In this document: piece by piece, positions 10,798-20,604 of the stretch
Position numbering within the stretch: the stretch's first letter is position 1
How the letters are laid out: every line of letters starts with the position of its first letter
Source: Puniceicoccales bacterium Verruco_02
GTDB lineage: Bacteria; Verrucomicrobiota; Verrucomicrobiia; Opitutales; Oceanipulchritudinaceae
Assembly: GCA_001604585.1 (NCBI GenBank)
Contig: LVBW01000003.1
Coordinates: 520-64,519 of the forward strand
Direction of reading: 5' to 3'
Length of the DNA stretch: 64,000 nucleotides
Made by a program: the position numbers and the translations under genes
The notes under the pieces: generated by a model
What the model was told of the DNA's origin: nothing
The model's database searches: none
Seen by the model: only the letters and a program-made list of their open reading frames with translations

Positions 10798-11298
10798 ATG
10801 TCCACAATGAAAAGACATGATCTCTGCCTTCGTCGAAAAAGCGGCTACGTACTGCACACCCTGCGGCGGGCGCTGACGCTTGTTGTCATCTCCCTCTTAC
10901 TTGGCGGAGCGGCCATGTACTTCAACCCCAACTCGCCCGAATACGGGCAGGACCAGATACGCAGGGGAGAAGTCTGGATCGACATGGTGGGCAACCTAAG
11001 AGATGTCCTCTGGGTGGACGCGCGAAGCTGGGACGAGTACCGCCGCCTGCACGTTGCCGGGGCCATCGCCGTCAGCGAGGACAAATACTACATACAGATA
11101 GGCAGCTTCCTTAGTGAATGGCGCAGGGGGCGCGACGTAGTGGTCTACTGCTCCTCGCAGGCCTGCGCCTCGGCCGAAGAAATCGCCGACCGGCTCCGCC
11201 GTGAGGCCGGGGCCGACAAGGTTTACGTTCTGCACGGAGGCTGGGAAACCATAGTAAAGAACGGGACAATCCCACTCAAAAGCGGGGAGGGACGATGA
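10798..11298 (+). CDS. Membrane-anchored rhodanese-domain protein
   Basis: N-terminal TM segment (LTLVVISLLLGGAAMYF), then a rhodanese-like core VLWVDARSWDEYRRLHVAGAI...VVVYCSSQACASAEEIADRL with an active-site-loop Cys. Confidence 0.75.
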   Translation: MSTMKRHDLCLRRKSGYVLHTLRRALTLVVISLLLGGAAMYFNPNSPEYGQDQIRRGEVWIDMVGNLRDVLWVDARSWDEYRRLHVAGAIAVSEDKYYIQIGSFLSEWRRGRDVVVYCSSQACASAEEIADRLRREAGADKVYVLHGGWETIVKNGTIPLKSGEGR

Positions 11299-11738
11299 AA
11301 CTGCTCCTAAGCATTGTATTCTTCCTACTGCGTGCCGGCTCGGCGCTGCTCTTCATTTGGGCCGGAGCGGCCAAAGTGGCCGACCCGGGACGTTTCCTGC
11401 TGGAAATACAGTCCTTCCACCTGCTGCCTTACTGGCTGGAATATGTGGTGGCACACGCCCTGCCCTGCCTTGAGATTATATGCGGACTGGCCCTTTTCAC
11501 CCTGGGCTACTCCACGGCCGCCTCGCTCGTTCTCATGCTGATGACGGGCGCCTTCGTCGTCTTCCTTGCCACGGCCCGCCTGCTGGGCATCGACACGAGC
11601 TGCGGCTGCTTTGGCAAGTGGAACTTCATAAATGATTTCCGCACGCACATGTATTTCAACGCCGCCCTATTGATCGCGCTGGCAATAACGTGCATCCGCT
11701 GCATGAGGTTGCACAAGCTAATAGACAAGCCGGAATGA
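11295..11738 (+). CDS. MauE/DoxX-family integral membrane protein
   Basis: 147 aa with four hydrophobic helices and a CGCFG motif. ATGA overlap with the rhodanese gene. As I recall, the pairing is common for MauE/DoxX redox-associated membrane proteins. Confidence 0.6.
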   Translation: MKLLLSIVFFLLRAGSALLFIWAGAAKVADPGRFLLEIQSFHLLPYWLEYVVAHALPCLEIICGLALFTLGYSTAASLVLMLMTGAFVVFLATARLLGIDTSCGCFGKWNFINDFRTHMYFNAALLIALAITCIRCMRLHKLIDKPE

Positions 11739-11766
11739 ACCAAGAGCTGCCTGCCGCGAACCGCAG

Positions 11767-14607
11767 ATGATAGCCGAAGCAGAAGAACTCATACAACTGG
11801 GCCTCGAAATTAACCCTTCGGCAACGCCACCGACCGAAGGCTTTGCCCAAAGACTGGTCAGGCTCATATCCTTCTGCCCTGTATATCGCGACCTACTGCG
11901 CCGCGAACCTGCGCTCGGCCTCTGGCTGGAGGAACCAGTCTCTTCCCGCCGCCTCTTCCGCCCCGCAGACTATGGCCTTCAAAGGGCGCACCCCATCTAC
12001 GCGCTCAAGCCCGGCAGCAGCCGCGCCGACGAAGTCAACGCGCTGCGCCGCTTCCGCCGCGCCATGAGTATGCGCATTGCATACCGCGACCTATGCGGCC
12101 TCTCCGAGGTGCGGCGTTCGATGAAGGAGCTGAGCGCCCTTGCCGAATACGTGGCAACAGAAGTTCTGCGCCTTGTGCAGGAGCCGCTACTGGAGCGCAT
12201 GGGCCAGCCCTGGGACGACCAAGCGGACAGGCCCGGCCGCATGTGCATACTGGCCCTGGGCAAGCTGGGCGCGGGAGAGCTGAACTTTGTGTCGGACCTA
12301 GACCTCATTTTCGTACACGAAGGGGACGGGAACTGCCGACGCAACGGGCGCGCGACCCAGCTATCCAGCGAACAGTTCTACGCCCGCGTGGCGCGGGACT
12401 TCACAGCCCTGATGCAGGAGCGCAGCGCCGAAGGCTTCCTCTACAACATAGACCTGCGCCTGCGCCCGGAGGGCGACGGCAGCCCGCTAAGCCGCTCGCT
12501 GAACGGCATGGAGAAGTACTACTACGGCTCCGGGCAGACCTGGGAGCGCATGGCGATGATGAAGGCCCGGCCAATAGCGGGCGACATAGCCCTTGGCGAA
12601 GAGCTGATGGAGACACTCTCGCCCTTCCGCTTCCCACGCAATCCTCCGCCCGCGCTGTTCGAGGAAGTGGCCGGGCTGAAGCTGCGCATAGAGCAAGAGG
12701 TGCTGGGCGAGGAATACCAGCTCTTGGACATCAAGAACGGCTGGGGCGGCATCCGCGAGATAGAGTTCATGGTGCAGGCCCTTCAAATGGTGTACCAAGG
12801 CCGCTACCCATTCCTGCAAACACAGTCCACGCTATGCGCAATGGACGGACTGGAACGCTACGAAATACTAGAAAGCGAACAGGTGAGCTTCCTGCGCGAA
12901 AGTTACCTCTGGCTGCGGATTGTCGAGCAGCGCCTGCAAATGCGCTCCGAGGAACAGACACAGACCCTGCCCCGGCACGGACCGGCCCGCGAGGAGCTGG
13001 CCGCCACGCTTGATCTAGCCCCGGAGCAGTTCGAGGCAAAGCTGGGCGAAATCCGCAGCAGGGTGCGCAGCATGTACGAGTCCTACTTCCCGATGAGCAG
13101 TCGCGAGAGCCTAGTGCAGGAGTGGACAGCCTTCATCGCCGGAGGCAGACCCGGTCCTCAGATAGACGATCTGTTAAGCAAGGTGTTCTGGGGGCCGCGA
13201 CCCCCGATAGAGCAAGGCATCCGCCACCTTGCCCTTGGCAACGCCCCCGTGCATGTTGTAACGCGCGAGACAGTGCTTCTGATGATAGAGCTGGGCAATG
13301 CCTTCCCCGTGGCGCTGGCCCCGCAGGCCCACCCCCTGCGCACCCTCGCGAGGGTGAACGAATTTGCCGACCGCTACGGAGCGCGAAAAGGCTTCTTGCG
13401 CCTTTGCGCACACAACCCGCAGTTCTTCCATGCCCTGTGCATGATTTTCGACCGCTCAAGCTTTATACACAGCCTAGTCTGCGCTCACCCGGAGATACTG
13501 GAAGAGCTGATGCTGGTCTCCGCCCTGCGCCTGAACAAGCCGGGCCGAGTAATGCGAGCCGAAGTCCACGCACTGGAAAACGAGGCCGACGACAAAACGG
13601 CCCGCTCGCTCTGGCTCTGGATAAAGGCCGAGCAGGTACGCATAGCAATGGCACAGGTGCTCTCGCACGTAAGCCTGCCTCGCGTGGAACTGGCCCTATC
13701 CCGAGTAGCCAGCGTGGCGGTTAGCGAAATGCTCGCAAGGGTGGACCCCGAGGGCGAACTCATCGCCATTGCCCTTGGCAAGTTCGGGGCAAGGGAAATG
13801 TCCTTCGGCAGCGATCTTGACATGATGCTGGTCTCAGCCGAGACGCCAACGGAAAGCAGCCTGCGCAAGGCCCTGCGCTTCAAAAAACTGCTTGGGCACA
13901 AGGGGCCTCTCGGGCCGGGCTTCGAGGTGGACATGCGCCTTCGCCCCCACGGCGAGGACGGCCCGCTCGTTGTCAGCCTGCCCGCGCTCCTGCGCTACCA
14001 CAGCGGGCAGGGCGGCCAGCTATGGGAAAAACAGGCCCTCTTGCGCTCCCGCCCCATATCGGACCGCTCGCCCGGCAGGGAAAGGCGTGAAGCAACTGCG
14101 GCAGCCTACAACGCACTGCGCCTCAATATCCTATTCTCCGCGCCCTCACCAACAGACCTGTATGCACAGGTGCGCGGCATGAGGGCCAAAATCGAGACCG
14201 AAAAAGCAAAGGCTCGCCCGCCGCAACGCTGCTTCAAGGCCGGACCGGGCGGCATACTGGACGTGGAGTTCCTTGTGCAGGCCATGCAGCTTCGCCATGG
14301 GGCAGATAAGCCGGAACTATGCAGCCCCAACACCCGCGAAGGGCTGCGCGCCCTGCACGCGGCTGGGCTGCTCGACAGGGCCGACTTTGCCGCACTGGGC
14401 GAGGGTTACGAATTCTTGCGCAGGTTGGAATTCCGCCTCCGCCGCGAGCACAACAGCCCCGTCACCCGAATCGACGAAGACTCTGACCTGGAGCACTCCA
14501 TAGCCCACTGGCTGCACTTTGCCGACTTCCCCGCTCTGCTCGAAGAACTGAAAAGACGCATGGAACAGTTGCGAGGCATCTTCGACAGAAGACTTGGAAC
14601 CGCCTGA
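11767..14607 (+). CDS. glnE: Glutamine synthetase adenylyltransferase / adenylyl-removing enzyme
   Basis: 946 aa with two nucleotidyltransferase modules (LGKLGAGELNFVSDLDLIFV...DLRLRPEG and LGKFGAREMSFGSDLDMMLV...DMRLRPHG). Confidence 0.92.
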   Translation: MIAEAEELIQLGLEINPSATPPTEGFAQRLVRLISFCPVYRDLLRREPALGLWLEEPVSSRRLFRPADYGLQRAHPIYALKPGSSRADEVNALRRFRRAMSMRIAYRDLCGLSEVRRSMKELSALAEYVATEVLRLVQEPLLERMGQPWDDQADRPGRMCILALGKLGAGELNFVSDLDLIFVHEGDGNCRRNGRATQLSSEQFYARVARDFTALMQERSAEGFLYNIDLRLRPEGDGSPLSRSLNGMEKYYYGSGQTWERMAMMKARPIAGDIALGEELMETLSPFRFPRNPPPALFEEVAGLKLRIEQEVLGEEYQLLDIKNGWGGIREIEFMVQALQMVYQGRYPFLQTQSTLCAMDGLERYEILESEQVSFLRESYLWLRIVEQRLQMRSEEQTQTLPRHGPAREELAATLDLAPEQFEAKLGEIRSRVRSMYESYFPMSSRESLVQEWTAFIAGGRPGPQIDDLLSKVFWGPRPPIEQGIRHLALGNAPVHVVTRETVLLMIELGNAFPVALAPQAHPLRTLARVNEFADRYGARKGFLRLCAHNPQFFHALCMIFDRSSFIHSLVCAHPEILEELMLVSALRLNKPGRVMRAEVHALENEADDKTARSLWLWIKAEQVRIAMAQVLSHVSLPRVELALSRVASVAVSEMLARVDPEGELIAIALGKFGAREMSFGSDLDMMLVSAETPTESSLRKALRFKKLLGHKGPLGPGFEVDMRLRPHGEDGPLVVSLPALLRYHSGQGGQLWEKQALLRSRPISDRSPGRERREATAAAYNALRLNILFSAPSPTDLYAQVRGMRAKIETEKAKARPPQRCFKAGPGGILDVEFLVQAMQLRHGADKPELCSPNTREGLRALHAAGLLDRADFAALGEGYEFLRRLEFRLRREHNSPVTRIDEDSDLEHSIAHWLHFADFPALLEELKRRMEQLRGIFDRRLGTA

Positions 14608-14697
14608 GTGCCCTGTTCACCCACAGACAAGCCAAAGACTCCGCATGAGTGGAATTACCTTCGCCTTTTACCACTCAGACGCTAATTTCAGCCAAAG

Positions 14698-17256
14698 ATG
14701 CCAGTACACACCAAGTCCCGCACCCGCATGGGCCGCGCCGTCCTTGCCTCCATACTCCTGCGCCTTGCAACGGCCTCGGCGTCCCTCGCGCTTGCCAACC
14801 CGGCACTGTTGACGGCCCAGACGAGCCAGAACAGCGAGGCAAGCGCAGGCTTCCGCATCCCAAGGGAGATGAACGAACGCTTCCGGCAGGAGACGCGCCT
14901 AGTCGTGGACTACATGGCCAGCCGCCACTACGGCGACAAGGGGCTGGAAGAGATAGACCCCAAGGAAATGCTAAACGCCTACATGAAGGAGCTGGACTTT
15001 GCGAAGCTCTTCTTTGTGCAGGCCGACGTGGAAGCCACGCATCTGCGCTTTGCCGACACGCTCAAGAGCGAGTATCTGGGCAAGGGCAACCTTTACCCCG
15101 CTTTCGAGATATTCCGCAACTACAGGGAAAGGGCGCTCACCCGCCTAAGCTGGGTGTTTGAAAGGCTGAAGGGCGACTTCGATTTTTCCACAAACGAGAG
15201 CTACCGCCCCGACAGGCGCAAACTCGACTGGCCAAAGAACCAGCTAGAAGCGGACCTACTCTGGGAACGCCGCCTGACCTACGACATGCTCGACGGGCTG
15301 ATAAACGGCGAAACGCTGGACGCCACACGCGACAGGCTCGTACACCGCTACCAGCGCACGGAACGCTTCCTCAAGGAAATAGAGCCTTACGAGGTGGAGG
15401 AAATGTTCCTCAACAGCTTCACGACGCTCTTTGACCCGCACTCGAACTTCTTCAGCGTAGAAAGCGCGGACAACTTCAGCATAGCCATAAGCAACAGCCT
15501 TCAGGGCATTGGCGCAGTGCTCTCCAGCGAGGACGGCTACTGCGTGGTCCGCGAGCTTATGAGCGGCGGCCCTGCGGAACTGTCCGGTCAGCTCAACCCC
15601 GGCGACAAGATAGTGGCCGTGGGCCAAGGGGCAGATACGCCAGTCGATGTCGTGGACATGAAGCTGAACAAAGTCGTCAAGCTCATACGCGGGGCCAAGG
15701 GCAGCGAGGTGCGCCTTACCGTAGTCCCTGCGGACAAGCCCGGAGAGCGCAAGGTGGTGCGCATAGTCCGCGACGAAATCCGCCTTACAGAAAACCTCGC
15801 CAAGGGCTGGATGTACGAGGTGCCCACCCCCGAGGGGGATTCGCTGCCAGTGGGCGTCATCCACCTGCCCTCCTTTTACGGGCCGGGCATGGACGACAAC
15901 CCCGAAGCGCCAAGCACCACGCGCGACGTGGCCGAGCTACTGATAAAGCTCCAGGCCGAGGGAGCAGAGGCCATAGTGCTCGACCTTCGCAACAACGGCG
16001 GCGGCCTCTTGGGCGAGGCCATAATGATGAGCGGCCTGTTCATAAAGGACGGCCCCATCGTGCAGGTGCGCTACGACAACGGCAAGGTAAGGACCGACTT
16101 TGACAGCGACAACGGCTTTGTCTGCTACGACGGGCCGCTCGTGGTGCTCGTATCGCGCAACAGCGCCTCGGCAAGCGAAATATGCGCCGGTGCCCTTCAG
16201 GCGCTGGGTCGCGCAGTGGTCGTCGGCGACAGGACCACCCACGGCAAGGGCACCGTGCAACAGACAATGTCGCTCAACCGTATGCTCGCCTTCCGCAACC
16301 CCTTCTCGGCAAGCATCCCCTTGGGAATGCTAAAAATCACCATCCAGAAATTCTACCTGCCCGACGGAGCCTCCACCCAGAAAGAAGGCGTGAAAAGCGA
16401 CATCGTGATACCCAGTATCAACGAGTATCTGCCCATTGGCGAGAGCGACCTTGACCATGCCCTGCCCTGGGACAGCATCGCCCCGGCAAAGTGGGATCCG
16501 CGCAAAGTGATTGGCGAAGGCGGCGTGCGCGTGAACAAGGATCTTCTCGACACCCTGCAAAAAGGCAGCGCATCCCGCATGGAAACGATGCATGAATTCT
16601 CCTACCTCACCGAGGGCATAGAACGATTCCGCCAGAAGGATGCGCAAAAGGAAATCTCGCTCAACAGGGAAGAGCGCCTTCGCCAGCGCGAGGATGACCG
16701 CCTGTACCGCAATCGCATGGAAGACCTGCGCAACGAGCTGAAGGCCTCTTTCGCATACCCGCGCAGCGAGCTGCAACTGGCCCTTGCCAAGCAAAAAGAC
16801 GCCACGCATCAGCAGCAGCTTCGCGACACCCCCCTGCCCGACGGCCGCGCAAGAGCAGGCAGCTATTACCAGAAGATCTACTATCACGTTGACGGCGAAA
16901 GCGACATACACCCCGTGCGCGTGGAAGGCTTCGACTACGAAAGCGCCATGCGCCGCAGTGCGGAGATGGCCGCCGCCATGAGCAATGCACTGGGGAAAGA
17001 TATGCCCGAGGACAAGGCCCGCGACATACTGCGCGCATTCCGCAATTCCGACCCCGGCAGCGACTTCAACGTGGAAAAAGTGTTCCGCCTGTATCTGCCC
17101 GAACTCTCGGAAGCCGAACTCGCTGCCTTGCTGCCTCGCTTTTTCGCAAAACTAGTCGAGATAGACCCCGACGCCGTGGATCAAGACGCCGCCTTCGACG
17201 TACCCCTTCGCGAGGCCCTGCGCATAGCCGTGGACTGGGTTAACACGCTGCGATAG
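14698..17256 (+). CDS. prc: Tail-specific (C-terminal processing) protease, peptidase S41
   Basis: Signal peptide, PDZ region (GIGAVLSSEDGYCVVRELMSGGPAELSG), S41 core LDLRNNGGG...VVLVSRNSASASEI...THGKG, and a long C-terminal extension as in Prc/Tsp. Confidence 0.9.
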   Translation: MPVHTKSRTRMGRAVLASILLRLATASASLALANPALLTAQTSQNSEASAGFRIPREMNERFRQETRLVVDYMASRHYGDKGLEEIDPKEMLNAYMKELDFAKLFFVQADVEATHLRFADTLKSEYLGKGNLYPAFEIFRNYRERALTRLSWVFERLKGDFDFSTNESYRPDRRKLDWPKNQLEADLLWERRLTYDMLDGLINGETLDATRDRLVHRYQRTERFLKEIEPYEVEEMFLNSFTTLFDPHSNFFSVESADNFSIAISNSLQGIGAVLSSEDGYCVVRELMSGGPAELSGQLNPGDKIVAVGQGADTPVDVVDMKLNKVVKLIRGAKGSEVRLTVVPADKPGERKVVRIVRDEIRLTENLAKGWMYEVPTPEGDSLPVGVIHLPSFYGPGMDDNPEAPSTTRDVAELLIKLQAEGAEAIVLDLRNNGGGLLGEAIMMSGLFIKDGPIVQVRYDNGKVRTDFDSDNGFVCYDGPLVVLVSRNSASASEICAGALQALGRAVVVGDRTTHGKGTVQQTMSLNRMLAFRNPFSASIPLGMLKITIQKFYLPDGASTQKEGVKSDIVIPSINEYLPIGESDLDHALPWDSIAPAKWDPRKVIGEGGVRVNKDLLDTLQKGSASRMETMHEFSYLTEGIERFRQKDAQKEISLNREERLRQREDDRLYRNRMEDLRNELKASFAYPRSELQLALAKQKDATHQQQLRDTPLPDGRARAGSYYQKIYYHVDGESDIHPVRVEGFDYESAMRRSAEMAAAMSNALGKDMPEDKARDILRAFRNSDPGSDFNVEKVFRLYLPELSEAELAALLPRFFAKLVEIDPDAVDQDAAFDVPLREALRIAVDWVNTLR

Positions 17257-17304
17257 AGCTGCCCGTGAAACTTGCCCCCGCCCATCACGTTTACCCCGGT
17301 AGCG

Positions 17305-18174
17305 ATGATGAGTCCGGAACAAGTCAATGAAGCGATGCGCCGCTGCCCGGCGCTGTCGGTGGAGGCTGCGATAAAATTCCAGAGCGAGAGGGATCCTGCC
17401 CTCGTGCCTCAGATAGTGCTCGGCATAATCGAAAGGTTCGTCGAGCCGGACATGCGCGCCAAAGTGGCCGAGGCAAGGGACGAAACACGACTCTTCGACG
17501 ATCTGGGCATAGACTCGCTGATAATGGTCGAGATAGTGATGACCATCGAGCAGGTGCTGGGCGTAAGCGCGCCTGACGAGGAGCTGCGCGGGCTGCGCAC
17601 AATTGGCGATGTGAAGCTATACCTCGACGCCAAGCTGCGCGGCGTGGCCTACGACCCGGGCGCACCTCGTCTGGACCTTGCCGCCATAGCCGCCGCCCTG
17701 CCCCAGCAGCCCCCATTCCTCTTTTTGCAAACCGCCACCATCAACGCCGACGGGGCCAGCGGCAGCTACCACATAAGCGGGGACGAACCCGTGCTTCGGG
17801 GCCACTTTCGCGACGAGCCAGTGTTCCCGGCCTCGCTCATGATGGAGTCGCTCGGCCAACTGGCCGCCCTCTACCTCATAAAGAGCGGCAAGACGGAGTT
17901 CGCCGCCGCTGCGCAGACCGGAAAGGCATGGTTCATAAGCGCCGAAAGCGTCCGCTGTATGCGCATCTGCCGCCCCGGCGAAACCCTTTCCCTGAGCGTC
18001 AGACTGGTCCGCCAGCGCGCCCCACTGGCCGTATTTGCTGGCACAATAGATGTAGATGGCCAGCGCACGGCCAGCATAGAGGCCCTGACCCTCGCCTGCG
18101 GCCAGCTAGCCAGCCCCGCAGAGGCACCCGCCGTTGAAGAACCAGCCAGCGACAGCGCCAAATGCGAAGCGTAG
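17305..18174 (+). CDS. Acyl carrier protein domain fused to FabA/FabZ-like hotdog dehydratase
   Basis: N-terminal phosphopantetheine-attachment motif LFDDLGIDSLIMVEIV. C-terminal hotdog motif LRGHFRDEPVFPASLMMESLGQLAAL. The track start 17272 is TTG; I use ATG 17305. Confidence 0.7.
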   Translation: MMSPEQVNEAMRRCPALSVEAAIKFQSERDPALVPQIVLGIIERFVEPDMRAKVAEARDETRLFDDLGIDSLIMVEIVMTIEQVLGVSAPDEELRGLRTIGDVKLYLDAKLRGVAYDPGAPRLDLAAIAAALPQQPPFLFLQTATINADGASGSYHISGDEPVLRGHFRDEPVFPASLMMESLGQLAALYLIKSGKTEFAAAAQTGKAWFISAESVRCMRICRPGETLSLSVRLVRQRAPLAVFAGTIDVDGQRTASIEALTLACGQLASPAEAPAVEEPASDSAKCEA

Positions 18175-19421
18175 TAGCGAGCGGGCTGGGCTTTGTGACA
18201 TGCATTGGCAAGGGCAAGGCTGAAGTGGCCGACAGCCTGTGCAGGATGCGCCACGGCCTGTCACTTTACCCCCCCTTCGACAAGCCAGACTGCCCCGTGA
18301 AAGTGGTCGGACAGGTGAAGGGCTTTGAGGTTGACAGTATCGAGCAGGAGGACTGGACCCTGCCTGCGGACATGCCCCCCCTGCGTCTTGAGCAGCTGCG
18401 CAGCCTGCCCCCGCACGGGGCCTACGCCCTGCACGCAGTTGCACAGGCCATTGCGGACGCCGGACTGAGACCCGAAGACATTTCCAACCCCGCAACGGGC
18501 CTCTACACAGCCTCGGGCGGCTCCACCAGCACGCTATTTCGCCACCTTGAGAGGATGCACAGGATGGGGCCGCGCCGCTGCCCGCCCCAAGGCATAGTTT
18601 CCTCGATAGCGGGCACTCTCAATTTCAACCTCGTATCCTATTTCCGCATACTTGGCTCCTCAGCGGGCTTTGTATCGGCCTGCGCCTCCAGCGGACACGC
18701 CCTTGGCGCAGCCGTGGACGAAATTACACTCGGCAGACAGGAGCGCATGATCGTAGTCGGAGCCGAAGACTGCAACAGCGACACCATCCTGCCCTTCGCG
18801 GGCCTGCGCGCCCTGAGCACCTCTGCCGACCCCGACAAGGCCTCGCGCCCCTTCGACAAGGCGCGCGACGGCTTCGTGGGCACAGGCGGGGCCGTGGCAA
18901 TGATTATCGAGGACGAGGAAAGCGCCCGCAGACGCGGGGCGGAAATCTACTGCCGCATCAGGGGCTGGGGACAGGCCAGCGACGGCTATCACACCATGAT
19001 GCCCCACCCAAAGGGCGAAGGACTGGCCCGCGCAATGAAAAACGCCCTTGCCGCTGCTTCCGCCGCTAGCGAGGACATAGCCTACCTCAACGCTCACGCA
19101 ACATCCACACAGGCTGGGGACAGCGCCGAACTGCTGGCGATAAGGAGCGTGTTCGGCATGGGAAAATCGCCAGCCATCAGCAGCACAAAGGCCCTGACCG
19201 GGCACGGGCTGTCACTTTCCAGCATCATGGAGAACGCCTTCTGCGCCCTTGCACTCCAGGGGGGCTGGATGCCCGGCTCGGCCCATATCAGCGAGCTTGA
19301 CCCCGAATGCGCTGGGCTGGACATCTTGCGCGAAACGCGGGAAGGCGCATTCTCTCTTGCCATGAGCAACAGCAGCGGATTCGGAGGGGCGAATGTCAGC
19401 TTCGTATTCGAGCGGGTCTAA
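18162..19421 (+). CDS. Beta-ketoacyl-ACP synthase (KAS I/II type)
   Basis: Active-site Cys in SACASSGHALG, His motifs NAHATSTQAGD and LTGHGLSLSS, C-terminal SNSSGFGGANVS. Overlaps the ACP-DH stop by 13 nt. Confidence 0.9.
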   Translation: MRSVVASGLGFVTCIGKGKAEVADSLCRMRHGLSLYPPFDKPDCPVKVVGQVKGFEVDSIEQEDWTLPADMPPLRLEQLRSLPPHGAYALHAVAQAIADAGLRPEDISNPATGLYTASGGSTSTLFRHLERMHRMGPRRCPPQGIVSSIAGTLNFNLVSYFRILGSSAGFVSACASSGHALGAAVDEITLGRQERMIVVGAEDCNSDTILPFAGLRALSTSADPDKASRPFDKARDGFVGTGGAVAMIIEDEESARRRGAEIYCRIRGWGQASDGYHTMMPHPKGEGLARAMKNALAAASAASEDIAYLNAHATSTQAGDSAELLAIRSVFGMGKSPAISSTKALTGHGLSLSSIMENAFCALALQGGWMPGSAHISELDPECAGLDILRETREGAFSLAMSNSSGFGGANVSFVFERV

Positions 19422-20604
19422 CGAAGAGCCGCCACCAAGCGGGGCAAGGGTGCTCATACTCACCTCTTCCACTGGCGGAGGGCACGACAGCCGCGCCTAT
19501 TCCTTGCAGGACTGGCTGCTTCAGGCCGTAGCCGCACAGGTGCGCGTAGAACACCTGCTCGAAAACTCAAGCTGGCTGCCGCGTTTGGGGGTATGGATTT
19601 ACAACACGATCCAGAAAATCTGCCCCGGCCTGCACAATATCTACTGGTTCATCGCCGAGGGCTTTGCCCGGATGCAGGGCCAGAGGCTGTCCTTCGGGCG
19701 AGGCTACTATCACAGACTGCTGCTCGATTACCGCCCGCACCTTGTCATCAGCGTTCACGACTGTCTGAACCGGGGCTACTTTCAGGAGGCCAAGGCCCTG
19801 CTGGGCAAGGCCGTCCGCACCTGCACCTACTGCGGGGAGTGGAGCGGAGGCTTCGGCTTTAGCATGAACTGGCTGGAGCCTACGGCGGACCTCTACATCT
19901 CGCGCACAGGCGCAGCGCAGATACACGCCGTGGCCAACGGCATGGATCCGGCCCGCTGCGAGGTGTTCCGCAACGTGCTGCCGCCCCGCGCCTTTGTGGA
20001 CGCAATGCCCTTTGCCCGCCTAGCCGCCTTTCGCGCAGGTCTGGGGCTGGACCCGCACCGCTTCACCCTGCTTCTTGCCGCCGGGGCCGCGGGGGCGAAC
20101 AACCACGTGCGCCTGCTCGACAGACTGGCCACCATATCGGGCACCCAGGCCATCGCCTTTTGCGGACGCAGCCAGCGGGCCTTTGCAGCCATAAGCCGCT
20201 GGAAAGAAGCCCATCCACATTTTCCCCTGCATGTGGAAGGCTACTCGACGCGGGTTCACGAGCTTTTGCAGGCTGCCGACTGCGTGATTTCGCGCGGAGG
20301 GTCGAACACCACTGCGGAGGCCCTCTACCACGGCTGTCCGATGCTCTTCAACCGCATCGGCGGGGTCATGCCTCAAGAGAGGTTGACGCTGAACTACTTC
20401 ATAGGTCAGGGCGCGGCTCTGGGCTTTTCCTCGCCAGGCGAGTTGGAGCGCGTAGTGCGCCTGCTCTCAGCCAACCCGGACACTCTGGGCCTTATCAGGC
20501 GCAAGCTGTACTCCCTGCGCAGTCAGGATCACCCAAGGGCGCTTGCAAGACGCCTTCTCAAGCTGGCCGAAGAGGCCATGAACCCGGAGAACCGGGAGCG
20601 ATGA
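19393..20604 (+). CDS. MGDG-synthase-like / UgtP-like diacylglycerol glycosyltransferase (GT28)
   Basis: N-terminal VLILTSSTGGGHDSRAYSL typical of the MGDG_synth N-domain and a GT-B C-terminal half (ISRGGSNTTAEALYHGCPML). Overlaps the KS gene end by 29 nt. Confidence 0.78.
   Translation: MSASYSSGSNEEPPPSGARVLILTSSTGGGHDSRAYSLQDWLLQAVAAQVRVEHLLENSSWLPRLGVWIYNTIQKICPGLHNIYWFIAEGFARMQGQRLSFGRGYYHRLLLDYRPHLVISVHDCLNRGYFQEAKALLGKAVRTCTYCGEWSGGFGFSMNWLEPTADLYISRTGAAQIHAVANGMDPARCEVFRNVLPPRAFVDAMPFARLAAFRAGLGLDPHRFTLLLAAGAAGANNHVRLLDRLATISGTQAIAFCGRSQRAFAAISRWKEAHPHFPLHVEGYSTRVHELLQAADCVISRGGSNTTAEALYHGCPMLFNRIGGVMPQERLTLNYFIGQGAALGFSSPGELERVVRLLSANPDTLGLIRRKLYSLRSQDHPRALARRLLKLAEEAMNPENRER

Noticed and set aside
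20160-20600. N-terminal extensions of track ORFs (20160 for the GT4 gene; also 23571, 39688..41193, 54943, 57742..58512, 36469..37755, 31550)
   Set aside because: The extensions overlap the preceding gene or add non-homologous residues before a canonical family N-terminus or signal peptide. Internal ATGs give products of the expected length.
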